This document shows, in pieces, positions 19,453 to 29,266 of a stretch of 64,000 nucleotides of DNA (position 1 is its first letter; the number at the start of each line of letters is the position of its first letter). The notes beneath the pieces are model-generated. The model was not told the origin of the DNA. It saw nothing but the letters and a program-made list of their open reading frames with translations, and did no database searches. The DNA is from an uncultured Acidobacteriota bacterium. Lineage in GTDB: Bacteria > Acidobacteriota > UBA6911. Both the position numbers and the translations under genes were made by a program. Location: NCBI GenBank assembly GCA_963839475.1, contig CAWIVH010000005.1, positions 10,357 through 74,356 on the forward strand, written 5' to 3'.

Positions 19453-20517
19453 GTGATCAAAGTCCTCATTGTGGATGATTCTGCGGTTGTACGCAAAGTG
19501 CTGACGGAAGAGCTCTCCAAATATGAAGATATAGAAGTGGTAGGGACCGCCATCGATCCCTATGTGGCACGCGAAAAAATCGTGAGCCTCCGTCCGGATG
19601 TCCTTACCCTCGACCTGGAAATGCCCCGCATGGACGGCCTGTCGTTCCTGTCGAGGCTGATGAAGCATTTCCCCCTGCCTGTTGTCGTCGTGAGTTCTCT
19701 GACTCCTCAGAATAGCGCTACGGCGCTCAGAGCCCTTGAACTAGGCGCCGTGGAAGTCGTGTCCAAGCCGGGATCGCAGTTTTCGATTCCTGACGTTCAC
19801 CGGCAGTTGATCCGGGCGATTAGAGCCGCTGCATCGGCTCAGGTCGGTGCCCTGAAATCCTCTGGAATTTCTGCGGGGACGGCTTCGGAAACCCCGTCGG
19901 TGCGCCTGTCTCCGCTGCATACCACCCACAAGGTGGTCGCCATTGGCGCTTCCACGGGTGGGACGCAAGCCCTGGAGGTGGTCCTGCAGCAAATGCCGGC
20001 GGATGCGCCCGGGACCGTAATCGTGCAGCACATGCCGGAGTTTTTCACTCAGTCTTTCTCCGAGCGCCTGAACAAAGTCTGCCGGATGGAAATCCGTGAA
20101 GCCAAGGACAGGGATGATGTCGTTCCCGGCGTGGTGCTGATTGCCCCCGGAAACCGCCATATGGTTTTGCAGGTGAGCGGTGCGCGATATGCGGTCCGCA
20201 TCAAGGATGGCCCGCCGGTCTACCACCAGCGGCCCAGTGTGGATGTGCTTTTCCAGTCGGTCGCTGAAAATGCGGGCCCCAATGCCGTTGGCGCCATACT
20301 GACAGGGATGGGCGCCGATGGGGCGAAAGGGCTGCTGGCGATGAGGAAAGCCGGTGCTCACACCCTGGCTCAAGACGAGCAGAGCTGCGTGGTTTTCGGG
20401 ATGCCCAAGGAGGCCATCAAGCTGGGTGCCGCGGAAACGATTGTTTCCCTCCAACAGGTAGCCGGAACCATCCTGAGGCTGGTGAACGAACGCCCGGGAA
20501 TACCCATTCGTGAATAG
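19453..20517 (+). CDS. cheB: chemotaxis methylesterase CheB (REC plus esterase)
   Basis: N-terminal receiver; catalytic GASTGG, VQHMP, LTGMGADGA. Confidence 0.97.
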   Translation: MIKVLIVDDSAVVRKVLTEELSKYEDIEVVGTAIDPYVAREKIVSLRPDVLTLDLEMPRMDGLSFLSRLMKHFPLPVVVVSSLTPQNSATALRALELGAVEVVSKPGSQFSIPDVHRQLIRAIRAAASAQVGALKSSGISAGTASETPSVRLSPLHTTHKVVAIGASTGGTQALEVVLQQMPADAPGTVIVQHMPEFFTQSFSERLNKVCRMEIREAKDRDDVVPGVVLIAPGNRHMVLQVSGARYAVRIKDGPPVYHQRPSVDVLFQSVAENAGPNAVGAILTGMGADGAKGLLAMRKAGAHTLAQDEQSCVVFGMPKEAIKLGAAETIVSLQQVAGTILRLVNERPGIPIRE

Positions 20518-20520
20518 GGA

Positions 20521-20988
20521 TTAGATCGCGGCTTCCTCGCTGCAGTAAAGCTCGATTTCCGCCCTACCAAAATCCAGGCCCAGGTTCGCCCGGGCGGCTA
20601 AACGGCCGCTTCCGGGCGAGACCGGATCGGCAGGATTGGCAAATACAACAGGCGCATCGAGATCAAAGACGAGCGCGCTTCCGGCAATCGCCGGCAGAAG
20701 GTTGCCGCATATAACATTAGCCGTTTCTTTGAGCGCATCCTCCTGCATTTCTTTGCTCGGGTCCGCATCGTCGCCAAGCATGTTGGACGCCAGCGCGGGC
20801 ACCACTTCACCGTAAATCCTGATCAGCAGGCTGCCGGCAAAAGGGCCGCGAAAAGACACGGCAACCGTGGCTTCCAGCAAGCTGTCTTTCTGCGCCTGGC
20901 TGATCTCGCGCGAGGACAGGATAAATCCAAGATCCTCAAAAATCTGCGCCGCTGTCCGGTAAAGGACCGCCTCCGTCTGCTTGTTCAT
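20521..20988 (-). CDS. cheX: CheX-like phosphatase (copy 1)
   Basis: VSFRGPFAG, DALKETANVICGNLL (ExxN), FDLDAP. Confidence 0.8.
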   Translation of the reverse strand: MNKQTEAVLYRTAAQIFEDLGFILSSREISQAQKDSLLEATVAVSFRGPFAGSLLIRIYGEVVPALASNMLGDDADPSKEMQEDALKETANVICGNLLPAIAGSALVFDLDAPVVFANPADPVSPGSGRLAARANLGLDFGRAEIELYCSEEAAI

Positions 20989-21364
20989 CCGCCATTCCTG
21001 TCATTCGAAAAATGGTTGAGCGAAGCGCTTCAGGCGTGAAGGGCTTGTGAACGAACTCCACGCCTTTGCGCTGAAGCAATTCAATTCTTGCCTGGCTGGT
21101 TTCCGTGGAAATGACTACGATCGGAGTTGCGGCCAAATCCGGATCCTGCCGCACACGGTCGATCATTTGCTCCCCGTTCATGATTGGCATATTGATGTCC
21201 ACCAAGGCCAGGTCAACCCAGTTCGATTTCAGCGATTCGAGCCCCTCCTGGCCGTTAGAAGCCTGATAGACCTCCCCCAAAGGCAGACCGGTCAGGCGCA
21301 ATACGCGGATCACCATGTTACGCATTACCGCGCTATCATCGACAACCAGTACATTCAGCGACAT
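20936..21364 (-). CDS. CheY-like single-domain response regulator
   Basis: VLVVDDS, LVDINMPIMNG, VISTE, HKPFT; 53-nt overlap with cheX copy 1. Confidence 0.9.
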   Translation of the reverse strand: MSLNVLVVDDSAVMRNMVIRVLRLTGLPLGEVYQASNGQEGLESLKSNWVDLALVDINMPIMNGEQMIDRVRQDPDLAATPIVVISTETSQARIELLQRKGVEFVHKPFTPEALRSTIFRMTGMADEQADGGGPLPDSGADF

Positions 21365-21436
21365 TCTTATCTCCGATATTCAGTTTCGGGGACTTGATTC
21401 CTTCAGCACTCCGGATGGAAGCCTGCGAATCGCCTA

Positions 21437-22276
21437 TCAGCCACTTTTTCTAAAATCCTGAAGCCAGATTGAGGTTTGGGCACAGACTCTTTCGAAGCCT
21501 TCGATCGTCAGCCCGATGCGTTCCCGGCAACCCGCGTCGTCGATGCGCATGTTGAGGGCAGCGGCCCCCAGTCCCACACCGATGGATTTCGCGGCCAGAT
21601 TCGCGAGCATTACCGCATCCAGGATCGGGGTCGGCTTTTCCGCCGGGTACAGGTGATGCATTTCAATGGCGTTTGTGATGTCTTCAGGAAAGCCCCATCG
21701 TCTGGCCATTGCGCCTCCGATCTCGGCGTGATCGCACCCGAAGAGCACCCGCTCGGCTTCTACAAACGACAACCTTCGTTCCTCGCAGGTTTCCAGAATC
21801 TTCGCTACGCTCGCTTCCAGGTAGCGCACCATGATCAGCTTGCCTATGTCGTGAACCAGAGCGGCGATTCCCGCCGCTTCGGGCACCTTCGATGGACGCG
21901 TTTCCTTGATGATCGCCTTCACTGCCAAAGAGGCGGCAGCGCCATGAAGCCATAAATCATCTTCAGATAGCTCATAGAGCGGCGCCGAGGCCTTCATCGA
22001 ACGGAAATGCTCGCCCAGCACCAGGTTCAGCAGCGTGGTGGTTCCAAGGCGAATGACAGCGTCGCGCACCCGATCAATCTGAAACCGGCCGCCATAGGCC
22101 GCCGAATTTGCCGCTCTCAGAATATTGGAGGCGACGGCGGCGTCATACTCGACTATCTGAATGATTTCCGCCGTACTCAGATCCTCACGGTTCAGGGCGA
22201 CGATCAACTTCTGCACCGTGATTGGAAGCGGGTCCAGGCGCTTGACGCCGGTCAAGAGTTTTTCAGGTATAGCCAT
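21437..22276 (-). CDS. HDOD domain protein
   Basis: LDPLP, YDAAVASNILRAANSAAY, AVIRLG, LVHDIGKL, DHAEIGGAMARRWGFPEDITNAIEMHH. Confidence 0.92.
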   Translation of the reverse strand: MAIPEKLLTGVKRLDPLPITVQKLIVALNREDLSTAEIIQIVEYDAAVASNILRAANSAAYGGRFQIDRVRDAVIRLGTTTLLNLVLGEHFRSMKASAPLYELSEDDLWLHGAAASLAVKAIIKETRPSKVPEAAGIAALVHDIGKLIMVRYLEASVAKILETCEERRLSFVEAERVLFGCDHAEIGGAMARRWGFPEDITNAIEMHHLYPAEKPTPILDAVMLANLAAKSIGVGLGAAALNMRIDDAGCRERIGLTIEGFERVCAQTSIWLQDFRKSG

Positions 22277-22314
22277 GCGAAATCGCCCTCTGGCCGCCAA
22301 CCGGCCAGTATTCC

Positions 22315-22341
22315 ATATCGGCCGTTTTCAAAATCGCTATA
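22315..22341 (-). promoter_or_regulatory. sigma28-type promoter upstream of HDOD gene
   Basis: Minus strand TATA-N15-GCCGATAT, with a perfect SigD-type -10. Confidence 0.65.
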
Positions 22342-22470
22342 GGTTGTTGTTGGGCACGCAAATACCGCCAGCGGTGCTGGTTGCTTTTCCAGTCCCACTA
22401 GCCTTGAATCCAGTCTGCTCAGGGCGCTTGCAGCCGCCTTTGTTAGCCGGGCAAATCCGGGGCAGCTCAA

Positions 22471-23688
22471 TCAGGCTGTGGATGCCGGGACCGGCGCATC
22501 CAGGGCGCTGGCAAGCGAACTGAAAACCGGAAAGTCCTTCGTTTCCGAACTCTGCCCCAGGAATTCACGCACTTTTTCGGACTCAGAGACAAACCTCAAG
22601 TCAAGTCCGAGTGCCTGAATCTCATAAATAAGGTTGTGAAAGCGTCTCACAATGGCGACTCCCGATATGATTCCCGCCGATACCTGGATCACCAGGCGGC
22701 TCTGGCCGGATTCGGCCATTCGCCTGATTTCCCCGATTACTTCGGTGGCTAGCGACTGCACGAATCCGGCGAAATCCGGATCCCCGCCCTCGGGACATGA
22801 CAGGATTCGTGCCTCTCCCGACCGTGACAGGCATCCCTCTTCCACCTCGTCCGCGGGATAGAATCCGTTCGGCTGCATCGGCTTTTCGATCAGTTTGACG
22901 ACCTCCTCACGCGTGAAGGGGATCAACAAAAACTCAATGATACCCTTGGCCTTGTAATCGAGGATCGGCCGCAAAGCCGTTCTCAAAGCCATCCCGACGA
23001 CCCGTTTGCCGCGCATCATTTTTTTATGGGTCAGCTGAAATGTCTCGAAAATCTCCGCCGTTCCGTTGTTGGGAAGGGTCAGGTTCAGGAACAGCCAATC
23101 ATGGTGGCCCGATGCTATCTTTTTCATCGCCATGCCATTATTGGTTTCCGTTTCAAGGTCGAATCTATCGCCCATGTAGTCGCGCAGCATTTTAAGCAGC
23201 TCTTCATTATGGTCCACTGCCAGGACCTTGGTTTTGGCGGGGCCCGCTTTCGCCGCGGCGTTCGCCTGCACTTCCGCTTCGGTCGGCGGCGTTTCACCTG
23301 CATAGAGCTCAAGTACCGGATTGACTTTGGACAGCAGCACTTCGCGAGTGAACGGTTTGGCGATGTAGTCTTTCAAGCCAAGCTTGATCAATTTGAAAAC
23401 AGTCTCCTTGACTGTTTCGGTGGTCAGCATCATGACTGGAATCGGTTTCAAGGCCGGATCGGTTTTCAGTTCGACCAGGGTGTGGTAGCCGTCCAGTACC
23501 GGCATGTTGTAATCCAGGAGGATGAGATCCGGCTTTTCCTTTTGCGCAACAGCAACGCCGACCTGGCCGTTCTCAGCCTCGAGAATCTCCACTCCGAAAG
23601 GTCGCAAATGCTTGCCCACGATCATGCGAAGTGTTTTGCTATCGTCAATGGTCAGGATTTTTTTCATAGCCGTTCTTGGCTCCTTCAA
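22471..23688 (-). CDS. response regulator with REC, pseudo-REC and C-terminal STAS-like domain
   Basis: Canonical REC (TIDDS, LLDYNMP, AKPF); second REC-like domain (AVDH, FLNLTLP, LIPF); C-terminal region with STAS-like pattern ending FPVFSSLASAL. Confidence 0.75.
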   Translation of the reverse strand: MKEPRTAMKKILTIDDSKTLRMIVGKHLRPFGVEILEAENGQVGVAVAQKEKPDLILLDYNMPVLDGYHTLVELKTDPALKPIPVMMLTTETVKETVFKLIKLGLKDYIAKPFTREVLLSKVNPVLELYAGETPPTEAEVQANAAAKAGPAKTKVLAVDHNEELLKMLRDYMGDRFDLETETNNGMAMKKIASGHHDWLFLNLTLPNNGTAEIFETFQLTHKKMMRGKRVVGMALRTALRPILDYKAKGIIEFLLIPFTREEVVKLIEKPMQPNGFYPADEVEEGCLSRSGEARILSCPEGGDPDFAGFVQSLATEVIGEIRRMAESGQSRLVIQVSAGIISGVAIVRRFHNLIYEIQALGLDLRFVSESEKVREFLGQSSETKDFPVFSSLASALDAPVPASTA

Positions 23689-23718
23689 TAATTTTGTATT
23701 TCTGAAACCGGGATGACG

Positions 23719-24210
23719 CTATCGGGATTTCTCAACCACCAATTGAACCCTGAATTGGTACTTGCCGGCCAGGACCCCGACCTGCAGGTTCTGAGCATCG
23801 GCCGGCGGATAAGTTGAATATTCCCTTCCTTCAATCACGGAAGGCATCGAGAGCTTGAATGCCTCCCCGTCCTGGCTGAGATTGTTTTTCAGTCCGCCGG
23901 CGAGCATGTTGACCAGTTCTCCGGCCGCGTCCCTGACGGTTTCATCCACGTCCTCTATTTCCGTTCCAAGGAGGCCGGATGCCAAAAGGCACGCGTTTTG
24001 CCGGTCAAAATGCAATGCCAAAAAACCGGAAATTTTTCCCGCAAATCCGATGATCGAGGACAAACCGATTTCACCCGTAATGCTTTCGGCGGGAACCAGG
24101 CCGGCCTGCTCGCTGTACATGTTCGCGAATATGTCCTTGGCTGCAGAATCGATGCCCGCCACAAAATCAGGGTGAATATCCGTCGTCGGAACGGAAACAG
24201 GAATGTGCAT
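23719..24210 (-). CDS. cheX: CheX-like phosphatase (copy 2)
   Basis: SSIIGFAG, DAAGELVNMLAGG (ExxN), LSMPSVIEG; ATG 24210 with GGAGGA RBS. Confidence 0.88.
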   Translation of the reverse strand: MHIPVSVPTTDIHPDFVAGIDSAAKDIFANMYSEQAGLVPAESITGEIGLSSIIGFAGKISGFLALHFDRQNACLLASGLLGTEIEDVDETVRDAAGELVNMLAGGLKNNLSQDGEAFKLSMPSVIEGREYSTYPPADAQNLQVGVLAGKYQFRVQLVVEKSR

Positions 24211-24236
24211 AGATGTCCTCCAATCAACACACCTCT

Positions 24237-24264
24237 TTATCGGAGTCGGCGTTGGCATCCATTA
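24237..24264 (-). promoter_or_regulatory. sigma28-type promoter upstream of cheX copy 2
   Basis: Minus strand TAAT-N16-TCCGATAA. Confidence 0.6.
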
Positions 24265-24502
24265 CCAAAAGAATCCGGAAAAGAGCGGGCCGCGTTTTGG
24301 GGTGTGTTGAACGTCGCTTGGAAGGGGTTTGGCTGCCTCTCCGGATGGAGCGGAATGGGATGGAAATCGCAGAGCAAGATGAAAGTCCTGCTTGACTTCG
24401 AGCGCTCGCTCACCACGAGCGGCCTTGCCGAATTTCGAGCGGCTAAAATACCGAAAGGCGAGGTTTTGAGGTGATTCTTGGTAGAGACGGGAGGGAAGTT
24501 TC

Positions 24503-24530
24503 TAAATTAGGGAGGTGAAACTGTCGATAT
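24503..24530 (+). promoter_or_regulatory. sigma28-type promoter upstream of cheR
   Basis: (C)TAAA-N16-GTCGATAT. Confidence 0.6.
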
Positions 24531-24594
24531 ACTTTAGCAATCGTCACTGGGGAAGAAAGTCCCAGTACCGGCCCGTGCCCGGAAATTGGAAGGA

Positions 24595-25461
24595 ATGATG
24601 GGGATCGAAAGCCCACTGGAAGACTCGTCGCCCTGGAATTCTGCCGAACTTACGGATCGTCATTTCCGGGTGATCAGCGGCATTCTCCACCAAAGATGCG
24701 GCATCAAGCTGACGGAAGGTAAGGAAGGACTGGTCAAAGCCAGGCTGTCCAAACGGCTTCGTCATCTGGGCCTCGGTGGTTTTGATCAGTACCTTGATTA
24801 TCTGAACAGTGATGCGGGTTCGGGCGAACTGTACACGATGATCGATTCCCTTACGACCAACAAAACGAGTTTTTTCCGCGAAGACGCTCATTTTCATTTC
24901 CTGCGCGACCATATTCTGCCCGCTGTGCGCCAGCAGGGAGGCAGACTGAGGATTTGGAGCGCGGCATGCTCATCGGGGGAAGAGCCCTATTCCATTGCAC
25001 TTCTGCTGAAGAACGTTTGGCCCGATATCCAAAAGTGCGATGTAAAAATCCTGGCCACCGACATCTCCGCGCGTGTGCTGGACCAGGCCAAATCGGGAAT
25101 TTACAGTGGGGAAGCAGTAGCGGACGTTCCCCGTCCGATGCTTGAGCGATATTTCACCGCTTGCGGTTCGGCAGCCAATCGAGAGTTCAAGATCAACGAT
25201 GAGGTAAGATCGCTCATTCGCTTCGCACGCCTTAACCTGATGGAGGAATGGCCCATGACGGGGCCGTTCAACCTGATCTTCTGCCGGAATGTGATGATCT
25301 ATTTCGACAAAGAGACACAGAAGAAACTTGTTCGCAGATTTTGGGAACTGCTCGAGACCGATGGGTACCTTTTTGTAGGTCATTCGGAGAGCCTTACCGC
25401 TACCTCCAAAGACTATAGGTATATTCAGCCGGCAACCTACCGAAAACACTGCATGTGCTGA
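24595..25461 (+). CDS. cheR: chemotaxis methyltransferase CheR
   Basis: LTTNKTSFFRE, RIWSAACSSGEEPYSIA, ATDIS, FCRNVMIYFD, LFVGHSE. Confidence 0.97.
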   Translation: MMGIESPLEDSSPWNSAELTDRHFRVISGILHQRCGIKLTEGKEGLVKARLSKRLRHLGLGGFDQYLDYLNSDAGSGELYTMIDSLTTNKTSFFREDAHFHFLRDHILPAVRQQGGRLRIWSAACSSGEEPYSIALLLKNVWPDIQKCDVKILATDISARVLDQAKSGIYSGEAVADVPRPMLERYFTACGSAANREFKINDEVRSLIRFARLNLMEEWPMTGPFNLIFCRNVMIYFDKETQKKLVRRFWELLETDGYLFVGHSESLTATSKDYRYIQPATYRKHCMC

Positions 25462-25793
25462 TGGAGCTCTGCAATGACGTCAACCCGGCTGAGGAACGCC
25501 TGCCGCATCTTCATGGCAATGTCTGAACATATGTTGATTTAAATAAAGTATTTGAGCCAACTTATCTAAAGCATTACTTGAAGTATTGCCCTTCTTTCCG
25601 GATAACGATATCCTCCTAATTCCGCCTGATCTTGCCCGTGCTGTCTTTCCCTGGATCGAGGGGTGCAGTTTGAATCCGGCAAACCGACGCAGCCCTGGCC
25701 AGCAAAGCCAAAGAGCCTTTTGACCGAAGCGGGCGATCGGCTGAAAAAAATAACTCCAAATCTCCATCCGAAGTTTTGCAGCTGAGTACTTTC

Positions 25794-25821
25794 TAAAGAA
25801 GAATCGGTCGGCTGCCGAAAT
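25794..25821 (+). promoter_or_regulatory. sigma28-type promoter upstream of MCP
   Basis: (C)TAAA-N16-GCCGAAAT. Confidence 0.6.
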
Positions 25822-25948
25822 AGCCTAGGTGCGCGGATCTTGGTGAATTTTCGCACGCGCTGCAATTTCTGATGATTCCGGATTGTCATGCGAAAACAGG
25901 CAAAATCCTACTCAGCAGACCGGCTTCGACAACGATGAGGATATCGGT

Positions 25949-28591
25949 ATGGGATTCAAAGGTTTGAAAAGTCTCGCCCTTAAGATTGTAGTTTCAGTCG
26001 CCGCTGTGACCATCATCGGCATAGGTACTCTTACATATCTCCAGATGCAGAAGAACGAAGCATTATTCCTATCGAATCTGGAAGAATCTACTGCCGACCT
26101 GAATAGCACCATCCTGGCTGCCCTGAAAAACGGCATGCTTAAAAATGACACCGAAGGAGTTGATAAGCTGGTCGAGCAGACTGGGAAGATCGCTACCATC
26201 AAGCAGATCTTCATAACGGACGAGACCGGAAAAATTACCCGGACTTCCGGTAGCAATAAGGGAACGATGATCGATGCCGCGCTGATGAAAAGTACGACAG
26301 CGTCTTCCGCAGGCGTTTCAAAAATGGCCACGGCGGGCGATGGTTCGCCCTATGTTTCCAGCTTCAGCCCAATCCGCGCTGAAAAGGACTGCCTGACCTG
26401 TCACTCCCAGAAGGAAGGTGAGCCTCTGGGCTACATCAGCGTTGATGCCTGGGCTAAGCGCGGATACGAACAATTGAGCGCTGCCCGAAACATGTCGCTT
26501 CTGCTCGGGCTGATCATCATGCTTCTGATGACCGTGGCAATTTACTTCGTCGCCCAATCGATGGCAAAACCGCTGGTCAAGCTCTCCGATAATGCGCGCA
26601 ATATAGCCATGGGCGACTTTGAGCAGAATATCGGCCACCACTCGGTGGATGAAATCGGGGTCCTCGCGGATTCTTTCCGAGCCCTCCGATCTTATGCCAA
26701 GGAAGCAGCTTCGGCCGCGGAAGCGCTCGGAAACGGAGATCTATCCGTCCAGGTTAAGCCTAAATCCGAGCGCGACGTCCTCTCCCTGAGTCTTAAACAT
26801 GCGATCGAGACCCAGCAAAAGCTGGCCGCTGAGACTGGAAAGCTCAGCCAGGCTGCCATTGATGGAAAATTGTCAATCCGGGGAGATTCCACGCAGTTCA
26901 ATGGCTGTTATCGCGACCTCGTCCAGGGGATCAACAACACGCTCGATGCGGTTATTGGCCCGCTGCAGGTGGCGGCGAACTACGTAGACCGGATCTCGAA
27001 GGGAGACATCCCAACGCGGATCGCAGACAAGTACAACGGGGATTTCAACGAGATCAAGAACAACCTGAACACCTGCATCGACGCGGTAAACATGCTGGTG
27101 GCGGACGCCGCGATGCTGTCTAAAGCTGCTGTGGAAGGAAAGCTTGATACCCGGGCGGATGCGGCGAAGCATGGCGGAGACTTCCGCAAGATCGTGCAAG
27201 GTGTGAACGACACGCTGGATGCGGTGATCGGGCCGCTGAAAGTGGCGGCGAACTACGTGGACCGGATCTCGAAGGGTGACATCCCGGCGAAGATCACCGA
27301 TAAATACAGCGGGGACTTCAACGAGATCAAGAACAACGTGAACACTTGCATCGACGCGGTGAACCTGCTGGTAGGGGATGCGAACATGCTGGCGAATGCG
27401 GCGGTGGAAGGGAGGCTGCAGACGCGGGCGGAGGCGGCGAAACACGGCGGGGACTTCCGGAGGATCGTGCAGGGAGTGAACGACACGCTCGATGCCGTGA
27501 TCAGCCCTGTGAACGAGGCGGCGGAGGTTCTGGAGAAGGTCGCGGCGAAGGACCTGACTGCGCGGGTGAAAGGTGACTACCGGGGAGACCTGGCGAAGCT
27601 GAAGAACGTGCTGAACCAGGCGGTGCAGAACCTGGATGATGCGCTGACGCAGGTGATGTTCGGGGCGGAGCAGGTGACATCGGCGGCGACGCAGATCAGC
27701 GCGGGGAGCCAGTCGTTGTCGCAGGGGGCGTCCGAGCAGGCAAGCTCGCTGGAAGAAGTATCGTCGAGCCTGCAGGAGATGTCGTCAATGACGAAGCAGA
27801 ACGCGGCGAACGCGAAGGAAGCGCGAGGGCTATCAGACGGGGCGAGGTCGTCGGCGGAGAAGGGCGTGGAGAGCATGAAGCGGTTGTCGGAGGCGATCGC
27901 AAAGATCAAGGGGAGTTCCGACGCGACGGCCAAGATCGTGAAGACGATCGACGAGATCGCGTTTCAGACAAACTTGCTGGCGCTGAACGCGGCGGTGGAA
28001 GCGGCGCGTGCGGGGGATGCGGGGAAGGGGTTTGCGGTGGTGGCCGAGGAGGTGCGGAACCTGGCGATGAGAAGCGCAGAGGCGGCGAAGAACACGGCTA
28101 ACCTGATCGAGGAGTCGGTGAAGAACGCGGAAGGCGGAGTATCGATCAACCAGGAGGTGCTCAAGCAGCTGGTGGAGATCAACGGACAGGTGAACAAGGT
28201 AAGCGAGGTAATGGCGGAGATCGCGGCGGCGTCGGACCAGCAAAGCCAGGGTGTGACGCAGGTAAACACGGCGGTGGAGCAAATGAACCAGGTGACGCAA
28301 CAGACAGCGGCGAACGCGGAGGAATCGGCGAGCGCGGCGGAAGAGCTGTCGGGGCAGTCTGAGGAGATGAAGGGGATGGTGGCAACCTTCAGGCTTTCGA
28401 CGGTTGCGGCGGGCAGCGGGCATCGCGGGGGAACTGCAAAAACCACATTGAGGGTTCAGATGCCGCAGAGGCGGCTGGCGGTGCCGAGGCCTGGAACTGC
28501 GAAACCCGCTCCCGCAGCGGCGTGGGGCCCATCTCCGGCAAAGCTGATACCTCTGGATGACGATGAAGAGCTTATCCTGAAAGAGTTTTAG
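25949..28591 (+). CDS. methyl-accepting chemotaxis protein with CxxCH periplasmic sensor and poly-HAMP region
   Basis: TM1, periplasmic domain with KDCLTCH, TM2, HAMP repeats, signalling hairpin [35 protein letters not shown]; ATG 25949 chosen. Confidence 0.96.
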   Translation: MGFKGLKSLALKIVVSVAAVTIIGIGTLTYLQMQKNEALFLSNLEESTADLNSTILAALKNGMLKNDTEGVDKLVEQTGKIATIKQIFITDETGKITRTSGSNKGTMIDAALMKSTTASSAGVSKMATAGDGSPYVSSFSPIRAEKDCLTCHSQKEGEPLGYISVDAWAKRGYEQLSAARNMSLLLGLIIMLLMTVAIYFVAQSMAKPLVKLSDNARNIAMGDFEQNIGHHSVDEIGVLADSFRALRSYAKEAASAAEALGNGDLSVQVKPKSERDVLSLSLKHAIETQQKLAAETGKLSQAAIDGKLSIRGDSTQFNGCYRDLVQGINNTLDAVIGPLQVAANYVDRISKGDIPTRIADKYNGDFNEIKNNLNTCIDAVNMLVADAAMLSKAAVEGKLDTRADAAKHGGDFRKIVQGVNDTLDAVIGPLKVAANYVDRISKGDIPAKITDKYSGDFNEIKNNVNTCIDAVNLLVGDANMLANAAVEGRLQTRAEAAKHGGDFRRIVQGVNDTLDAVISPVNEAAEVLEKVAAKDLTARVKGDYRGDLAKLKNVLNQAVQNLDDALTQVMFGAEQVTSAATQISAGSQSLSQGASEQASSLEEVSSSLQEMSSMTKQNAANAKEARGLSDGARSSAEKGVESMKRLSEAIAKIKGSSDATAKIVKTIDEIAFQTNLLALNAAVEAARAGDAGKGFAVVAEEVRNLAMRSAEAAKNTANLIEESVKNAEGGVSINQEVLKQLVEINGQVNKVSEVMAEIAAASDQQSQGVTQVNTAVEQMNQVTQQTAANAEESASAAEELSGQSEEMKGMVATFRLSTVAAGSGHRGGTAKTTLRVQMPQRRLAVPRPGTAKPAPAAAWGPSPAKLIPLDDDEELILKEF
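26941..27486 (+). repeat. 273-bp (91 aa) tandem intragenic repeat encoding HAMP pairs
   Basis: GCT(C/G)GATGC recurs at 26941, 27214 and 27487; unit [42 protein letters not shown]. Confidence 0.9.
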
Positions 28592-28606
28592 TCCGTGGGG
28601 GACAGG

Positions 28607-28644
28607 AAGCCCGGGCTGGTCTGAAATGCCGGCTCGGGCTTTTT
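28607..28644 (+). terminator. intrinsic terminator-like hairpin between mcp and cheW
   Basis: AAGCCCGGGCTGG-loop-CCGGCTCGGGCTT followed by a T run. Confidence 0.7.
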
Positions 28645-28684
28645 GAATCGGGAGTTGCAGGGTGAGCCAGGAAGGGAGCCATCG

Positions 28685-29191
28685 ATGGTCGCAGTAAACG
28701 CAAAGCGAATCGATTCGGGGAGCATATCCGGGACGGTTGGAGGCAAGTTTTTAACATTTTTCCTCGCAGCGGAAGAGTACGGGATCGAGATCCTGAAGGT
28801 GCATGAGATCATCGGGATGATGCTGATCACGAGCGTGCCGCGCACACCGGAGTTCATCCGGGGAGTAATCAACCTGCGAGGGAAGGTGATTCCGATCGTA
28901 GACTTGAGGCTGAAGTTCGGAATGGAGCCAAAGGAAAAGACCGAGGAAACCTGCATCATCGTCGTGCATGTGGAGGGAGTAGAAATCGGGATCATGGTGG
29001 ACCGGGTGTCCGAGGTGCTGAACATCGCATCCGAGGAAATAGAAGCCCCCCCGTCATTCGGTGCTGATGTCAACACGGATTTCATTCTGGGATTGGGAAA
29101 ATCGCAAGGCAAGGTCAAGATCCTGCTCGATATCGATCGCGTGTTGTCCGCGAGCGAACTTATCGACATCAGTGGGGCCAAAGTATCGTAG
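28685..29191 (+). CDS. cheW: chemotaxis adaptor CheW
   Basis: FLTFFLAAEEYGIEI, VPRTPEFIRGVINLRGKVIPIVDL, GIMVDRVSEV, LLDIDRVL. Confidence 0.96.
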   Translation: MVAVNAKRIDSGSISGTVGGKFLTFFLAAEEYGIEILKVHEIIGMMLITSVPRTPEFIRGVINLRGKVIPIVDLRLKFGMEPKEKTEETCIIVVHVEGVEIGIMVDRVSEVLNIASEEIEAPPSFGADVNTDFILGLGKSQGKVKILLDIDRVLSASELIDISGAKVS

Positions 29192-29266
29192 AAATGAATG
29201 CATCCCGGGCTTTATAAAAGCACGGCTAAGTACCGCACCGATCCCGAGTGCAGCCGGGGGGCGAAA

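Noticed and set aside
24265-24480. Short ORFs between cheX2 and cheR
   Set aside because: No similarity or motif; the region is explained as divergent promoter space
25676-25720. GGCAAACC...GACGCA...GCAAAGCC resembling a c-di-GMP-I riboswitch upstream of mcp
   Set aside because: Lacks the GAAA-capped P2 stem and correct spacing; an Infernal search with RF01051 would settle it
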